A stretch of 64,000 bases of DNA. It comes from Vicinamibacteria bacterium. Lineage in GTDB: Bacteria > Acidobacteriota > Vicinamibacteria > Marinacidobacterales > Marinacidobacteraceae. The notes beneath the pieces were generated by a model. That model had not been told where the DNA came from. It was given only the letters and a program-made list of their open reading frames with translations, and did no database searches. The stretch is taken from positions 2,176,001-2,240,000 of the forward strand of contig OZ241322.1 in NCBI GenBank assembly GCA_965199715.1, given 5' to 3'. This document shows positions 12,226 to 22,567 of the stretch, in pieces; the stretch's first letter is position 1; each line of letters opens with the position of its first letter. The translations under genes and the position numbers were made by a program.

Positions 12226-12229
12226 GCCG

Positions 12230-12792
12230 CCTGCGGTTCGGGGTGAAAGCCGGACACGAGGACGAACCCGAAGTCGCCGACGGTCACCGGAACGGCGTAC
12301 CCGACCCTTGGGCGAGCCGTGCGTCTCGTCGCCCTCCACTTCGGGGTTGTCGAACCAGTGGTCCAGGAAGCCGCCGCCCGACGTGGAGGCCTCGATCAGG
12401 TCCTCGACGAAATGGACGCCGTTCACGTCCACCGAGCCCGACGGGTTCACCCCCTCGAGCGCCTGGTTGCCGGCGTGGAACACGAGCGTCCCGCCGAGGT
12501 CGGAGACGAAGATGTAGATGTCGCCCACCTTCCAGTCGCCCTCGTCGCGGAACGTCGCGTCTAGAAACGCGTACGCCTCGCCGGCGGCCGGCGCGGCGGT
12601 CTCGATGGCTTCGACCGCGGCCTCGACGAACCCCTGCAGCGAAGCTCGGTCCACGACCTCGGAGGCGGTGACCTACGGCGGGGCGAGGGCCGGAGCCGGC
12701 GCGGGAGCCGGAGCTTGAGCCGGAGTCGGGGCGGGGATGTCGTCCTCGCAGCCGAGCGTGAGGAGCAGCGGCACGGCGGCGAGCCAGCGCAT
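12230..12792 (-). pseudogene. Single-Cache-domain lipoprotein, degenerate paralog of the neighbouring gene
   Basis: MRWLAAVPLLLTLGC lipobox and PA linker. In-frame TAG at 12673-12675 (GAG in the paralog) and +1 frameshift near 12306. 46 bp identical to the paralog (12507-12552 = 13505-13550). Confidence 0.85.
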
Positions 12793-12794
12793 GG

Positions 12795-13811
12795 CTACTG
12801 GACCGGGTAGAAGCCGGAGCCGAGCACGAACTCCGTGTCGCCGACGGTCACCATGACCGCGTAGCCGACCTTCGGCGAGCCGTCGTCCTCGTCGCCGTCG
12901 ATCTCGGGGTTGTCGAACTGGTAGTCCACGAAGTCGCCTCCGCGGGCGGCGGCCATGATGAGTTCGTCCACGAACAGGACCCCGTTCGGATCGGCGACGC
13001 CGGTCAGGTCCTGCCCTTCGAGCGACCGGTTCGCGGCGTGGAACATCGTCGGTCCGTCGGGCTGGATCGCGAAGAGATAGACCTCGCCGGCGTGCCAGTC
13101 TCCGTCGGGGGCGAACGTGGCGTCGAGGAAGCCGTGGAGGCCGGACCCGTCGCTCACGCCCGCGAGCACGACCGAGTGGGCCAGATCCACGAACGTCTTG
13201 AGGGTCTCGCGGTCGGTGACCTCGACGGCCGTGGCCCTCGGGTAGAACCCGGATCCGACGGCGAGCGTCTGGCCGCCGGATTCCGTCTCGACCGCGTAGC
13301 CGACCTTGGGCGAGCCGTGGGTCTCGTCGCCGTCGATGTCCGGGTTGTCGAACCAGTACTCGACGAACCCGCCGCCCGCGCTCGCCGCGTCAATCAGTTC
13401 CGCCACGAACTCGACGCCGTTCAAGTCCGTGAGGCCGATGAGGTTCTGTCCCTCGAGACTCTGGTTCCCGCCGTGGAACACCGTGTTCCCCTCGAGATCG
13501 ACCGCGAAGATGTAGATGTCGCCCACCTTCCAGTCGCCCTCGTCGCGGAAGTTCGCATCGAGAAACGCGAACGCGTCATCGGGCGCGGCGGCGTCGAGGG
13601 CGGCCACGGTCTCGGCTACGAACGCCTCGAGCGACTCGCGGTCCATGACATCGGACGCGCTCGTCTCGGGCGGGGCCGGCGCCGGATCAGGGAGGGGCGC
13701 CGGGGCCGGGGCGGGCGCGGGAGTCGGCGCCGGGCTGGCGTCGTCGTCGCAGCCGGCGGCGAATGACAGCGAGAACGCCGCGAGGGCGGTCAGCACGCGA
13801 AAACGCTTCAT
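12795..13811 (-). CDS. Lipoprotein with two tandem single-Cache (sCache_2-like) domains
   Basis: Lipobox FAAGC, PTPAPAP linker, two repeats of W..G..Y.F...G...FH..N..LEG.....D.NG..FV.ELI.AA..GG.FV.Y.FDNP...GSPKVGYA.....GSGFYP. Confidence 0.85.
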   Translation of the reverse strand: MKRFRVLTALAAFSLSFAAGCDDDASPAPTPAPAPAPAPLPDPAPAPPETSASDVMDRESLEAFVAETVAALDAAAPDDAFAFLDANFRDEGDWKVGDIYIFAVDLEGNTVFHGGNQSLEGQNLIGLTDLNGVEFVAELIDAASAGGGFVEYWFDNPDIDGDETHGSPKVGYAVETESGGQTLAVGSGFYPRATAVEVTDRETLKTFVDLAHSVVLAGVSDGSGLHGFLDATFAPDGDWHAGEVYLFAIQPDGPTMFHAANRSLEGQDLTGVADPNGVLFVDELIMAAARGGDFVDYQFDNPEIDGDEDDGSPKVGYAVMVTVGDTEFVLGSGFYPVQ

Positions 13812-13890
13812 TTCAGTCTCCCTTGGTCGCTCCGAAAGCGGCCGACAAGCTACTACACGGGGCGCGGCGAACGCGTAGCATTCTCCGGCC

Positions 13891-15786
13891 ATGGGAAGGC
13901 TCGACGCGCGTCCGGTTCGGGGCGAGGATCTGCGCCGCTTCGAGCGGCGGCTGTTCCGCGACGTCCGCACGCTCGAACGGCTGATCCAGACCGGCCGCAT
14001 CGAGAAGGACGTCCATCGGGTCGGCGTGGAGCAGGAGATGTTCCTCGTCGGCGACGCCTTCCGCCCGGCGCGGGCGGCGATGGAGGTGCTCGACGAGCTG
14101 GACGATCCCAGGTTCACTACGGAGGTCGCGCGCTTCAACCTCGAGGCCAACCTCGACCCGATGCTCATCGAGGGGAACTTCCTCCGGCGGATGGAGGCGG
14201 AGCTCGAAGCGGCCATGACCCGTGCCGCCGAAGCCGCCGGGAAGGTCGGCGTGGACGTCTGCCTGACCGGCATTCTCCCGACGCTGCGGCTCTCCGATCT
14301 CACCCTCGAGAACCTCACTCCGCTCCCGAGGTACCGCACGCTCAACGAGGCGCTGTCGCGGGTGCGGGGCGGGGCGCCCTACACCGTCCACATCGGCGGC
14401 GTGGACGAGCTCCACGCCACGCACGACAACGTGATGCTGGAGAGCTGCAACGCCAGCTTCCAGGTGCACCTCCAGGTGGGAGCGGAAGAGTTCGCCCGGG
14501 TGTACAACCTCGCCCAGCTCGTCGCCGCGCCGGTGCTGGCGCTGTCCGCGAACGCGCCCCTGCTGTTCGGACGCCGACTCTGGCGGGAGACTCGGATCGC
14601 GCTCTTCCAGCAGGCGATCGACACCCGCACCGCCGGCCCGCACGAGCGCCAGCGCGCCGGCCGCGGCGCGTTCGGGCGCGATTGGATCCGCGGCGGCGTG
14701 CTCGACATCCTTCGGGACAACATCGCCCGCCACGCCGTGCTCCTCGACGCCGGCGAGGAGGACGATCCGGACGAGGATCCGCCCCGGCTCTCGGCGCTGT
14801 GCCTCCACAACGGCACCGTCTGGCGCTGGAACCGCCCCTGCTACGGGATCACCGATGGCAAGCCGCACCTGCGTATCGAGAACCGCTACCTCCCGAGCGG
14901 GCCGAGCATCCCCGACCAGGTCGCGAACGCGGCGCTGTGGCTGGGCCTGATGAGCGGGCTGTCGGGGGAGGGCGCGGATCCCGCCGACCAGATGGCGTTC
15001 TCCTACGCGCTTGAGAACTTCGTGGCGGCCGCCCGGCTCGGGCTCAAGGCCGAGATGCACTGGACCGACGACCGGCACTGGCGGATTGGCGACCTGCTGG
15101 AGCAGGAGCTGCTTCCTCGGGTCCGCGAAGGGCTGGCGCGCAAGAACGTCGATCCGGCCGACGTGGACCACTACGTCGGCATCCTCGAGGAGCGGACGCG
15201 CACCGGGCGGACCGGGGCGTTTTGGATCCTCGACGGGTACAACCGCATCCGCCGCCAGGCCTCCCGCTCGGAGCGGATGAGCGCGATCACCGGGGCGATG
15301 CTGCGGCAGCAGCGCCGGGGCGAGCCGGTCGCCCGCTGGGAGCCGCCCGCGCCCGAGGACGCCGGAAGCTGGAAGCACCACTACATGCGCGTCGAGCAGT
15401 TCATGACCACCGAGCTGAGCACCGTCCACCCCGACGAGTCGGTGCGCCGCGCCGCCATCCTCATGGACTGGGGGCGGATTCGGCACATTCCCGTGGAGGA
15501 CGACGACCGGCTGGTCGGGCTCGTCTCCTACCGGACGATCATCAAGCTCGTCGCCGAGAGCGGCCTCGAGGAGGACGAGCTGCTCTCCGTGGGCGCGGTC
15601 ATGAAGACCGACATCGTCACGATCGGCCCGCACACGTCGTCGGTCGAGGCCATCCGCATCATGAACGACCGCGGGGTCGGAGCGCTGCCGGTGGTGCAGG
15701 AGGAAGGGCGCCTCGTCGGGATCGTCACCGAGCACGACTTCACCCTCATCGCCCGGAGCCTGCTCGAGGAGCGGCTGAGCGAGTAG
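13891..15786 (+). CDS. Glutamate-cysteine ligase family 2 (GCS2)-like domain fused to a CBS pair
   Basis: VGVEQEMFL, TTEVARFNLE, SFQVHLQ, HNGTVWRWNRPCY, HLRIENRYLPSGP, two C-terminal CBS motifs. Confidence 0.85.
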   Translation: MGRLDARPVRGEDLRRFERRLFRDVRTLERLIQTGRIEKDVHRVGVEQEMFLVGDAFRPARAAMEVLDELDDPRFTTEVARFNLEANLDPMLIEGNFLRRMEAELEAAMTRAAEAAGKVGVDVCLTGILPTLRLSDLTLENLTPLPRYRTLNEALSRVRGGAPYTVHIGGVDELHATHDNVMLESCNASFQVHLQVGAEEFARVYNLAQLVAAPVLALSANAPLLFGRRLWRETRIALFQQAIDTRTAGPHERQRAGRGAFGRDWIRGGVLDILRDNIARHAVLLDAGEEDDPDEDPPRLSALCLHNGTVWRWNRPCYGITDGKPHLRIENRYLPSGPSIPDQVANAALWLGLMSGLSGEGADPADQMAFSYALENFVAAARLGLKAEMHWTDDRHWRIGDLLEQELLPRVREGLARKNVDPADVDHYVGILEERTRTGRTGAFWILDGYNRIRRQASRSERMSAITGAMLRQQRRGEPVARWEPPAPEDAGSWKHHYMRVEQFMTTELSTVHPDESVRRAAILMDWGRIRHIPVEDDDRLVGLVSYRTIIKLVAESGLEEDELLSVGAVMKTDIVTIGPHTSSVEAIRIMNDRGVGALPVVQEEGRLVGIVTEHDFTLIARSLLEERLSE

Positions 15787-17067
15787 CTAGCGCAGCGGGA
15801 ACAGCGCGGCCAGCAGGATCACCTCAATCACGCCGAGGACGCCGAGCAGCGCGATTCCGGCGCTCCACGTCCGGAACGTCTCGCGCTCGCTGAATCCGGC
15901 GAGCCGCCCGACCACCCAGAACCCCGAGTCGTTCATCCACGAGCCGATCATCGACCCGAACCCGATCGCGGCGAAGAGATAGCCGGGGTGGAACGGGAGA
16001 TCCGGCCCGACCGCGCCCGCCATGATCGCCGAGCCGGTCAGGATCGCGACCGTCCCCGATCCCTGCGAGACCTTGAGCACGACGGCGACGCCGGCGGCGA
16101 GGAGCAGCGTCGCGGTTCCGGCGGCCTCGAGACTGCGCAGCGTCTCCTCGATCCCCGCGCCGGCGAGCGCGAGCCCGAACGCTCCGCCGGCGGCGGTGAT
16201 GAGGATGATGGGTCCGGCCTCGACCACCGCCGGGCCGAGCTCCCGCACCGGGGCTCTTCGGGACCTGCCGAGGAGGAGCACGCCGGCGACCGCCCCCAGC
16301 AGCAGCGCCGCGTTCCGGTGGCCGAGGACCGCGAGCGCCGTAGCGTCCGACGCCGACGCCGCCGTGATGAGGACGACGGGAAGCAGCACCGGCAGGAGCG
16401 ACGCGGCGAGCCCCGGCGCGTCCCGGACGGCCGGCGGTTCGCCCGCGTCCCGCAGCGTCCCCGCCGCGATCCGCCGGGAGAGGACGATCGCCAGCGCCGC
16501 GGGCGCCGCGCCGAGCGCCAGCCCGAACCCGACCGCGGTCCCGAGATCGATGCCGAGCGTGTCCGCCATGGCGAGCGGCCCCGGCGTCGGCGGGGCGAGC
16601 GAGTGGGTGGCCACGCCTCCGATCGCGATCGCGGCCACGAAGTGCGCGTAGCGGCCGGGCGCCCGCCGCCCGAGCGCCCGCGCCAACGGGACGAGAAGGA
16701 AGAACACGGTGTCCACGAACACCGGGATCGCGAGGATCCAGCTCGCGGCGAGGAGCGCCCACGCCGCCCGGCGCTCCCCGAAGGCGCCCAGCAGCGCGCG
16801 GGCGATGCAGTCGGCGGCCCCGCTCGCTTGGAGGCAATGGCCGATCACCGCCGCCAGCGCGATGGCGATCCCGATGGCGCCCGCCACGGACCCGAATCCG
16901 GCGGCGCTCGCGTCGAGCGCGGCGAGAAGCCGCTCCGCCCAGCCGGCGCTCGAGGGCGCGAGCGTCCCCGCGACGATGGCGCCGAGAATGAGGGCGAAGA
17001 AGGGATGCAGCCGCAGCCAGCCGATGAGCGCCACGACGAGCGCCGTGGCGACGACCAACGGGACCAC
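15787..17067 (-). CDS. GntP-family permease
   Basis: LRLHPFFAL, IPVFVD, HSLAPPTPGPLA, ITAAGGAFG, SQGSGTVA, SWMNDSGFW. Confidence 0.9.
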   Translation of the reverse strand: MVPLVVATALVVALIGWLRLHPFFALILGAIVAGTLAPSSAGWAERLLAALDASAAGFGSVAGAIGIAIALAAVIGHCLQASGAADCIARALLGAFGERRAAWALLAASWILAIPVFVDTVFFLLVPLARALGRRAPGRYAHFVAAIAIGGVATHSLAPPTPGPLAMADTLGIDLGTAVGFGLALGAAPAALAIVLSRRIAAGTLRDAGEPPAVRDAPGLAASLLPVLLPVVLITAASASDATALAVLGHRNAALLLGAVAGVLLLGRSRRAPVRELGPAVVEAGPIILITAAGGAFGLALAGAGIEETLRSLEAAGTATLLLAAGVAVVLKVSQGSGTVAILTGSAIMAGAVGPDLPFHPGYLFAAIGFGSMIGSWMNDSGFWVVGRLAGFSERETFRTWSAGIALLGVLGVIEVILLAALFPLR

Positions 17068-17071
17068 GCGC

Positions 17072-20000
17072 TCAGCGCCCGGGCGCGATCATCGGGGGAA
17101 GTCCGGCGGCCCCGAGCTCCGCGTTGAAGGCGTCCAGTTCCCCGGTCGAGAGCTGCTGGAACCGCTCCCGCGTCGCCGCCAGCTCCTCCTCGTAGAGCGC
17201 GAGCACCTCGAGGTGTTGGTCGGTGGGGAGGTGGTCGCTGCCGCCGACGTAGCCGTGCAGGCTCACCAGCTTGGCGTGGAGGCGCCGCGGCCAGCGCAGG
17301 TTGTCCTGCGCCGCCTCGCCGCCGGTGAGCCGCAGTTCGAAAAAGCGCGCCTCGAGTTCCATGAGGGCGCTCTCGTACTCCGACGCGGTGGTCCGGATCG
17401 AGGCCGACTGAGCGATCGCGCGGCGCTCGGCGATCTGCTTGCGCAGCCACTCGACGCCCTCGATCATGTCGCCCACCTCCACGACCATCGCCTGGATGCG
17501 CGCCAGCGTCCCGGTCTGGGTTTGGATCTCGGCGTCCGACGCGGGCGACCGCGGATCGCGCCGCACCGCGAGCGGCTGCTCCAGCGTCGTTTCGCCGACC
17601 GTGAGCCGCACCGCGTAATCGCCGGGAGGCATGAGCGTCGCGACCGGACGGGATTCGGTGAGCAGCCGGAAGCCGCGCGCCGGGAGCACCTGGTTCGGGC
17701 TGTCGCGGGGCGGGGTGCGCAGCCGGGGCTGGCGGGTCGCGCCGTTGCGCAGGTTCCAGACGACCCGGTGCAGTCCGGGGCCGCCCGGCGCGTCGAGGGC
17801 CCGCACCAGCTCTCCGTCGCCGTCGAGGATCTCGAGGGAGACCTCGCCCCTTTCCGCCAGGCGGTAGTGCAGCGTGGCGCCGTAGGGCGGGTTCTGGCCG
17901 GCTCCGGGATCCTCCGGCTGGCTCATCGGGGCCGACCGCAGCCGGAACCGCCACGCCTCCCTCGGGCGGAAGAGCTGCGGGCCGTCGGGATCCTCCGTCC
18001 ACTCCCGCAGCGGGGTCATGTCGTCGAGGATCCAGAACCCGCGTCCGTAGGTGGCCGCGACCAGATCGCCGAAACGCTCCTGGATCGTCAGCCAGTGCAC
18101 CGGCGCGCGCGGCAGGTTCGTTTGCAGCGGGCGGAACGACTCCCCGTCGTCGAAGGAGACGTGAACGGCGTTCTCGGTACCGAGGAACAGCAGGCCCGGA
18201 CGCTCCGGATCCTCGCGGATCGCATGCGCGTAGCTGTGGGTCGTCTTGGGCAGGTCCCGCCCGAGGCGGGTCCAGGTGGCGCCGTAATCCGTCGTCCGGT
18301 ACGCCCACGTCTCGTTGTCGCCGAGCTGGTGGAGGTCCACGGTCACGTACGCCTTTCCGGCGGCGTAGCGCGAGGGCTCGATATTGCTGAACGTCCCCAG
18401 CGCCGGCACGCCGGGGAGGTTCTCGGACACGTCCTCCCAGGTTTCGCCGCCGTCGCGCGTGACGTGCAGCTTCCCGTCGTTGCTCCCCGCCCATAGAACC
18501 CCCGCCGCATGCGGCGACTCGGCGATCGAGAACAGCACGGCGGCGTAGGTGGGGCTCACGTCGTCGAAGGTGAGCCCGCCGGTCTTCAATTGGAGCGCCG
18601 CGTCGTCGGTCGTGAGGTCGGGGCTGATCGCGGTCCAGCTCTGGCCGGAATTCGTGGTCAGGTGGACGCGCTGGCTCCCCGCGTACACCCGGTTCGGGTC
18701 GTGCGGCGAGATGTGGATCGGGAACGTCCACTGGAAACGGTCGCGCAGCTCGCCCGCGGCCCACCCCTCCGGATTGTCGGGCCAGACGCTCACGTTCCGG
18801 GCCTGGCCGGTGCGCTCGTCGAACAGCTCCAGAATCCCCTCGTAGCAGCCGGACCACACGCGCCCGGAGTCGCTCGGGTCGGGAATCGCGAAGCCCGACT
18901 CGCAGCCGCCGACCGGACGCCACGCGCCGATCGGGATCCCGCCGGACGCCAGGCTGTTGGACGGTCCCCGCGACGACGGGCCGTCCTGCCGGTTGCCCAT
19001 GACCCGGTACGGGATCTCGTCGTCCGTGTACACGTGGTACATCTGGGCGATCGGCAGGCGCGGACGCATCCAGGTCTCGCCCCGGTTCGTCGAGATGCTC
19101 ACGCCGCCGTCGTGGCCGACGATCATCCGGTCGGGGTCGTCGGGAGCGATCCACATGTCGTGATGGTCGCCGCCGGAGTCGTTGCGGAACGTGGTGCGGC
19201 CCCCGTCCAGCGTGGTCATGTGCCGAGTGGCGAGGAAGTGCGCCTCGTCCGCGTCGTCGGGCGCGGCCACGACCCGCGTGTAGTAGTGCGGCCGCTGGTT
19301 CAGCGCGTGGTCCGGGTTCACCATCTCCCACGTTTCGCCGAGGTCGTCCGAGCGCCAGAGCACGCCGTCCTGGTCGTCGAGCGGCGCGAAGAGCTCGTTG
19401 GAGCTGGTCTCGATGAGCGCGTAGATCCGCCTCGGGTCGGCGGGGGTCATGGCGAGCGCGATCTTTCCCATCGGCCCGGTCGGGAGCCCGTCCCCTTCGA
19501 GGCGCTCCCACGTCTCGCCGCCGTCGAGGCTGCGGAAGACCCCGCTGCCGGGGCCGCCGCTCTCCCGGCCCCACGTCCACATCCGCATCTGCCACATGGC
19601 GGCGAACAGGATGCGCGGGTTCGCCGGACTGAGGACGACCTCGGACGCGCCGGTGTTCTCGTCCACGAAGAGCGTCCGCTCCCAGGTCGCGCCGCCGTCG
19701 GTCGTGCGGAAGATCCCGCGCTCCTCCTGCGGCCCGTAGAGGTGGCCGAGCGCCGCGACCCACGCCGTGTCGGGGTCGTCCGGATGGGTGACGATCCGCG
19801 AAATCCGCCCCGTGCCCTCCAGCCCGACGTGGGTCCAGGAGTCGCCCCGGTCGGTGGAGCGCCAGACCCCGTTCCCCAGCGAGACGTTGCTGCGGATGTG
19901 AGCCTCGCCGGTTCCCGCCCAGACGACGTTCGGATCGGCGGCGGAGACCGCGAGCGCCCCGATGGACAGCACCGGCTGGTCGTCGAACACCGGAGTCCAG

Positions 20001-20203
20001 TGGACGCCGCCGTCGTAGCTGCGGAAGACCCCGCCCGACGCGGCCCCGAAGTACCAGGTGTGCGGCTCGCCGTGCACCCCATGCACCGAGGTGACCCGGT
20101 TGCCGACCGGACCGATGTGTCGCCAGCGCAGCGCGGCGAAGGGATCGTCGGCGGCCGCGCCGGCCGCGAGGAGCAGGGACAGAAGGAGGAGGGGAGCCCG
20201 CAT
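17072..20203 (-). CDS. Secreted VPS10/sortilin-like BNR-repeat protein (putative glycosyl hydrolase)
   Basis: LRWRHIGP, repeated S/T-x-D-G-G-x-T-W Asp-boxes, GDHH, ISPDLT, ATYGRGFWILDD. Confidence 0.88.
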   Translation of the reverse strand: MRAPLLLLSLLLAAGAAADDPFAALRWRHIGPVGNRVTSVHGVHGEPHTWYFGAASGGVFRSYDGGVHWTPVFDDQPVLSIGALAVSAADPNVVWAGTGEAHIRSNVSLGNGVWRSTDRGDSWTHVGLEGTGRISRIVTHPDDPDTAWVAALGHLYGPQEERGIFRTTDGGATWERTLFVDENTGASEVVLSPANPRILFAAMWQMRMWTWGRESGGPGSGVFRSLDGGETWERLEGDGLPTGPMGKIALAMTPADPRRIYALIETSSNELFAPLDDQDGVLWRSDDLGETWEMVNPDHALNQRPHYYTRVVAAPDDADEAHFLATRHMTTLDGGRTTFRNDSGGDHHDMWIAPDDPDRMIVGHDGGVSISTNRGETWMRPRLPIAQMYHVYTDDEIPYRVMGNRQDGPSSRGPSNSLASGGIPIGAWRPVGGCESGFAIPDPSDSGRVWSGCYEGILELFDERTGQARNVSVWPDNPEGWAAGELRDRFQWTFPIHISPHDPNRVYAGSQRVHLTTNSGQSWTAISPDLTTDDAALQLKTGGLTFDDVSPTYAAVLFSIAESPHAAGVLWAGSNDGKLHVTRDGGETWEDVSENLPGVPALGTFSNIEPSRYAAGKAYVTVDLHQLGDNETWAYRTTDYGATWTRLGRDLPKTTHSYAHAIREDPERPGLLFLGTENAVHVSFDDGESFRPLQTNLPRAPVHWLTIQERFGDLVAATYGRGFWILDDMTPLREWTEDPDGPQLFRPREAWRFRLRSAPMSQPEDPGAGQNPPYGATLHYRLAERGEVSLEILDGDGELVRALDAPGGPGLHRVVWNLRNGATRQPRLRTPPRDSPNQVLPARGFRLLTESRPVATLMPPGDYAVRLTVGETTLEQPLAVRRDPRSPASDAEIQTQTGTLARIQAMVVEVGDMIEGVEWLRKQIAERRAIAQSASIRTTASEYESALMELEARFFELRLTGGEAAQDNLRWPRRLHAKLVSLHGYVGGSDHLPTDQHLEVLALYEEELAATRERFQQLSTGELDAFNAELGAAGLPPMIAPGR

Positions 20204-20215
20204 GGGCGAAGTTTC

Positions 20216-21091
20216 CTACGCCCGGGCGGCGACCGGGTCCGGACCCCGGAACGTCACCCGCCACAGCAGCCGGTCCTCGGACTCGTCGAACGGGGACGCG
20301 GCGTGCATCGCGCACCGGTTGTCCCACACGGCGAGATCCCCCGGCCGCCAGTCCTGACACACCGCGAAGTCGGGGCCGGTCGCGTGGCGCTCGAGGCGCC
20401 GGACGAGCGAGCGGCCGGCGTCCGGGTCGAGGCCGCTCACGCTCCGGACATGGCAACCGGGAACGCACAGCGCGTCGCGCCCCGTCTCGGGGTGCCGGAC
20501 GATCAGCGGGCGGACGACCGGCGGGTGGGTCCGGCGGACCTCGGGAGGAAGCGGCGGCCGGTGCGGGTTCGTGCGCCGGAGCAGGTCGTCGAGGAAGGCG
20601 TAGGAGTGCACCCCGTAGCGGCCCGTCGCTTCCTCGAGCAGCGCCGTTGGAAGCGCGTCGTGCGCGTGGGCCATGCCGGCGAACCAGGTGCCGCCGCCCG
20701 AAGCGGGGTGCGTGCGGACGTGGAAGATGGAGCCGGCGGGCTGCGGGACGCGGAAGCTGTCGTCGGTGTGCCACTGGACGCCGCCCGGCTCGGCGCGGAC
20801 GAACAGCGAGCGCAGCCTGCCGGTCGCCTTCTCGCGCAGGTTGCCGAGGCGGAGGATCTCCGGATGGCCGGGGAGGAGGAACCCGGGGTCGTATTTCTCG
20901 TTGCGCTCGAGCGAGCCGAAGGCGCGGCAGAACGGGAGGAAATCGTCGGGTTCGAGGAGGCCGCCGCCCCGCAGGACGAGGAGGCCGCCGGATTCGAGCC
21001 AGAGCGCCCGGAGCGGGGCGAGGTCGCGCCCGAGCCGGAAATCGGGAACCAGCCGGCCGAAGCCCGACGGCGTGAGCGGAGCGGCGCTCAC
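20216..21091 (-). CDS. TauD/TfdA-family Fe(II)/2-oxoglutarate dioxygenase
   Basis: WHTDDS, GGGTWFA, HPETGR, WDNRCAMH. Confidence 0.9.
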   Translation of the reverse strand: MSAAPLTPSGFGRLVPDFRLGRDLAPLRALWLESGGLLVLRGGGLLEPDDFLPFCRAFGSLERNEKYDPGFLLPGHPEILRLGNLREKATGRLRSLFVRAEPGGVQWHTDDSFRVPQPAGSIFHVRTHPASGGGTWFAGMAHAHDALPTALLEEATGRYGVHSYAFLDDLLRRTNPHRPPLPPEVRRTHPPVVRPLIVRHPETGRDALCVPGCHVRSVSGLDPDAGRSLVRRLERHATGPDFAVCQDWRPGDLAVWDNRCAMHAASPFDESEDRLLWRVTFRGPDPVAARA

Positions 21092-22524
21092 CCGCCGTGG
21101 GGCAGTCGGTCCGGCATGTCGGCGAGGACGTAGCCGAGCACGGCGAGCATCCCGACGGCTCGCCGGAAGTGGTCCGGGTCCACCTTGTCGAGCGTGTCCG
21201 ACTCGGTGTGGTGCCAGTCGAAGTAGTGCTCGCCGACCGTGCGGAACCCGATGCCGGGCACGCCGTCGGCCATGAGCGGGCCGATGTCGGCGCCCCCGCC
21301 GCCTCGGGCCATCAGTTCGGCGTCGATGCCCGAGAAGAGGCTGCCGATGGGCCGGAGGATGGAGAGCGCCTCGTCGTAGGGGCCGTCCTCGCCGGAGACC
21401 CACTGGAGGCCGATCCCGAAGCCCACCGGCCGCTCGGCCCCGCCGTCCATCTCGATCGCCGCGACGTGGCCGCCGATCGCGTCGCCGACGTACTCCCGGT
21501 AGGCGCGGCCGCCGCGCAGGCCGTTCTCCTCGTTGGTCCAGAGCACGACCCGCAGCGTGCGCCTCGGCCTCAGTCCGAGCCGGTGCAGGAGCGTCAGGCC
21601 GTGCCAGGCGGCGACGCACGCCGCGCCGTCGTCATGCGCCCCATGGCCCACGTCCCACGAGTCGTAGTGGCCGCCCATGACCACGACCTCGTCGGGAAGC
21701 TCGCTTCCGGTGATCTCGGCCATGACGTTGTGGGAAAGCGCGTCGGGAAGGATTTCGTTCGACATCTCGAACCGCAGCCGGATCGGCATGCCGAGGTCAT
21801 CCATCCGCCGCAGGGCCTCGGCGTCCTCCACCGTGAGCGCCGCCGCCGGGATGCGCTGGAGGCCGTCCTCGTACTGCATGTTCCCGGTGTGCGGCGTGTG
21901 GAGGCTGCTCCCGGTCGCCGAGCGCACGAGACTCGCCACCGCGCCCATCCGCGCGGCGCGCACGGCCCCCATGCGGCGGTAGGCGCCGGTGCCGCCGTAT
22001 CCCGTCCAAGGGACCGCCCACACGACGATCTTGCCTTCGACCTCGCTGCGCGGCATGGCCTCCAGTTCCTCGAACGAGCGGGCCACGACCGCCTCGGTCG
22101 TCAGGCCTCCGTCCGGCGTCCCGACGCTTCCCCCGAGCGAGAGGATGCGGAGGTCGCGTTCGAGGTGGGGTTCGTCGGCGAGAAGCCGGAGCGAGGCCGG
22201 CCCGCGAACCCAGTGGGGCACCTCGACTTCCTGGAGGTGGATCTTCTCGAGTCCCTCCGCCCGCATCGTCTCCGCCGCCCAGTCGATGGCCTGTTCGAGC
22301 CCGGCGGAACCGCTTAGCCGGTGGCCGATCCGCAGCGAGAGGTGCTCGAGCTTCGCCCAGCCGTCCACGTCCACGAGCGCCGCGCCGAGGACGCGCCCGG
22401 CGACTTCGCGATAGCGGTCGGCGAGCTCGTGGCGGTCCCCCGGAAAGCGCTCCGGGTCCGGCGGCTGCGCCCAGGCGGGGGCAGTCAGGAGGAGCGCGGT
22501 GAGAAGCAGGCCGATGCGTCGCAT
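21088..22524 (-). CDS. M28-family metallopeptidase (carboxypeptidase Q-like), secreted
   Basis: IGHRLSGS, PHTG, GGHYDSWDVG.GAHDDG, NEENGL, HHTESDT. Confidence 0.9.
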   Translation of the reverse strand: MRRIGLLLTALLLTAPAWAQPPDPERFPGDRHELADRYREVAGRVLGAALVDVDGWAKLEHLSLRIGHRLSGSAGLEQAIDWAAETMRAEGLEKIHLQEVEVPHWVRGPASLRLLADEPHLERDLRILSLGGSVGTPDGGLTTEAVVARSFEELEAMPRSEVEGKIVVWAVPWTGYGGTGAYRRMGAVRAARMGAVASLVRSATGSSLHTPHTGNMQYEDGLQRIPAAALTVEDAEALRRMDDLGMPIRLRFEMSNEILPDALSHNVMAEITGSELPDEVVVMGGHYDSWDVGHGAHDDGAACVAAWHGLTLLHRLGLRPRRTLRVVLWTNEENGLRGGRAYREYVGDAIGGHVAAIEMDGGAERPVGFGIGLQWVSGEDGPYDEALSILRPIGSLFSGIDAELMARGGGGADIGPLMADGVPGIGFRTVGEHYFDWHHTESDTLDKVDPDHFRRAVGMLAVLGYVLADMPDRLPHGG

Positions 22525-22567
22525 CGGCGGAGAATAGACTCGACAGGTTCCTCGCCGGAGGTGATCC

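Noticed and set aside
12673-12675. In-frame TAG here and at 53868-53870 as possible pyrrolysine or stop-codon recoding
   Set aside because: Both genes also have frameshifts, the TAGs replace different residues (Glu, Trp), and TAG ends many normal genes in the window.
13670-13740. Short GC-rich tandem repeats (also 12676-12735)
   Set aside because: They encode Pro-Ala linkers. There is no repeat-spacer structure and no cas genes, so not CRISPR.
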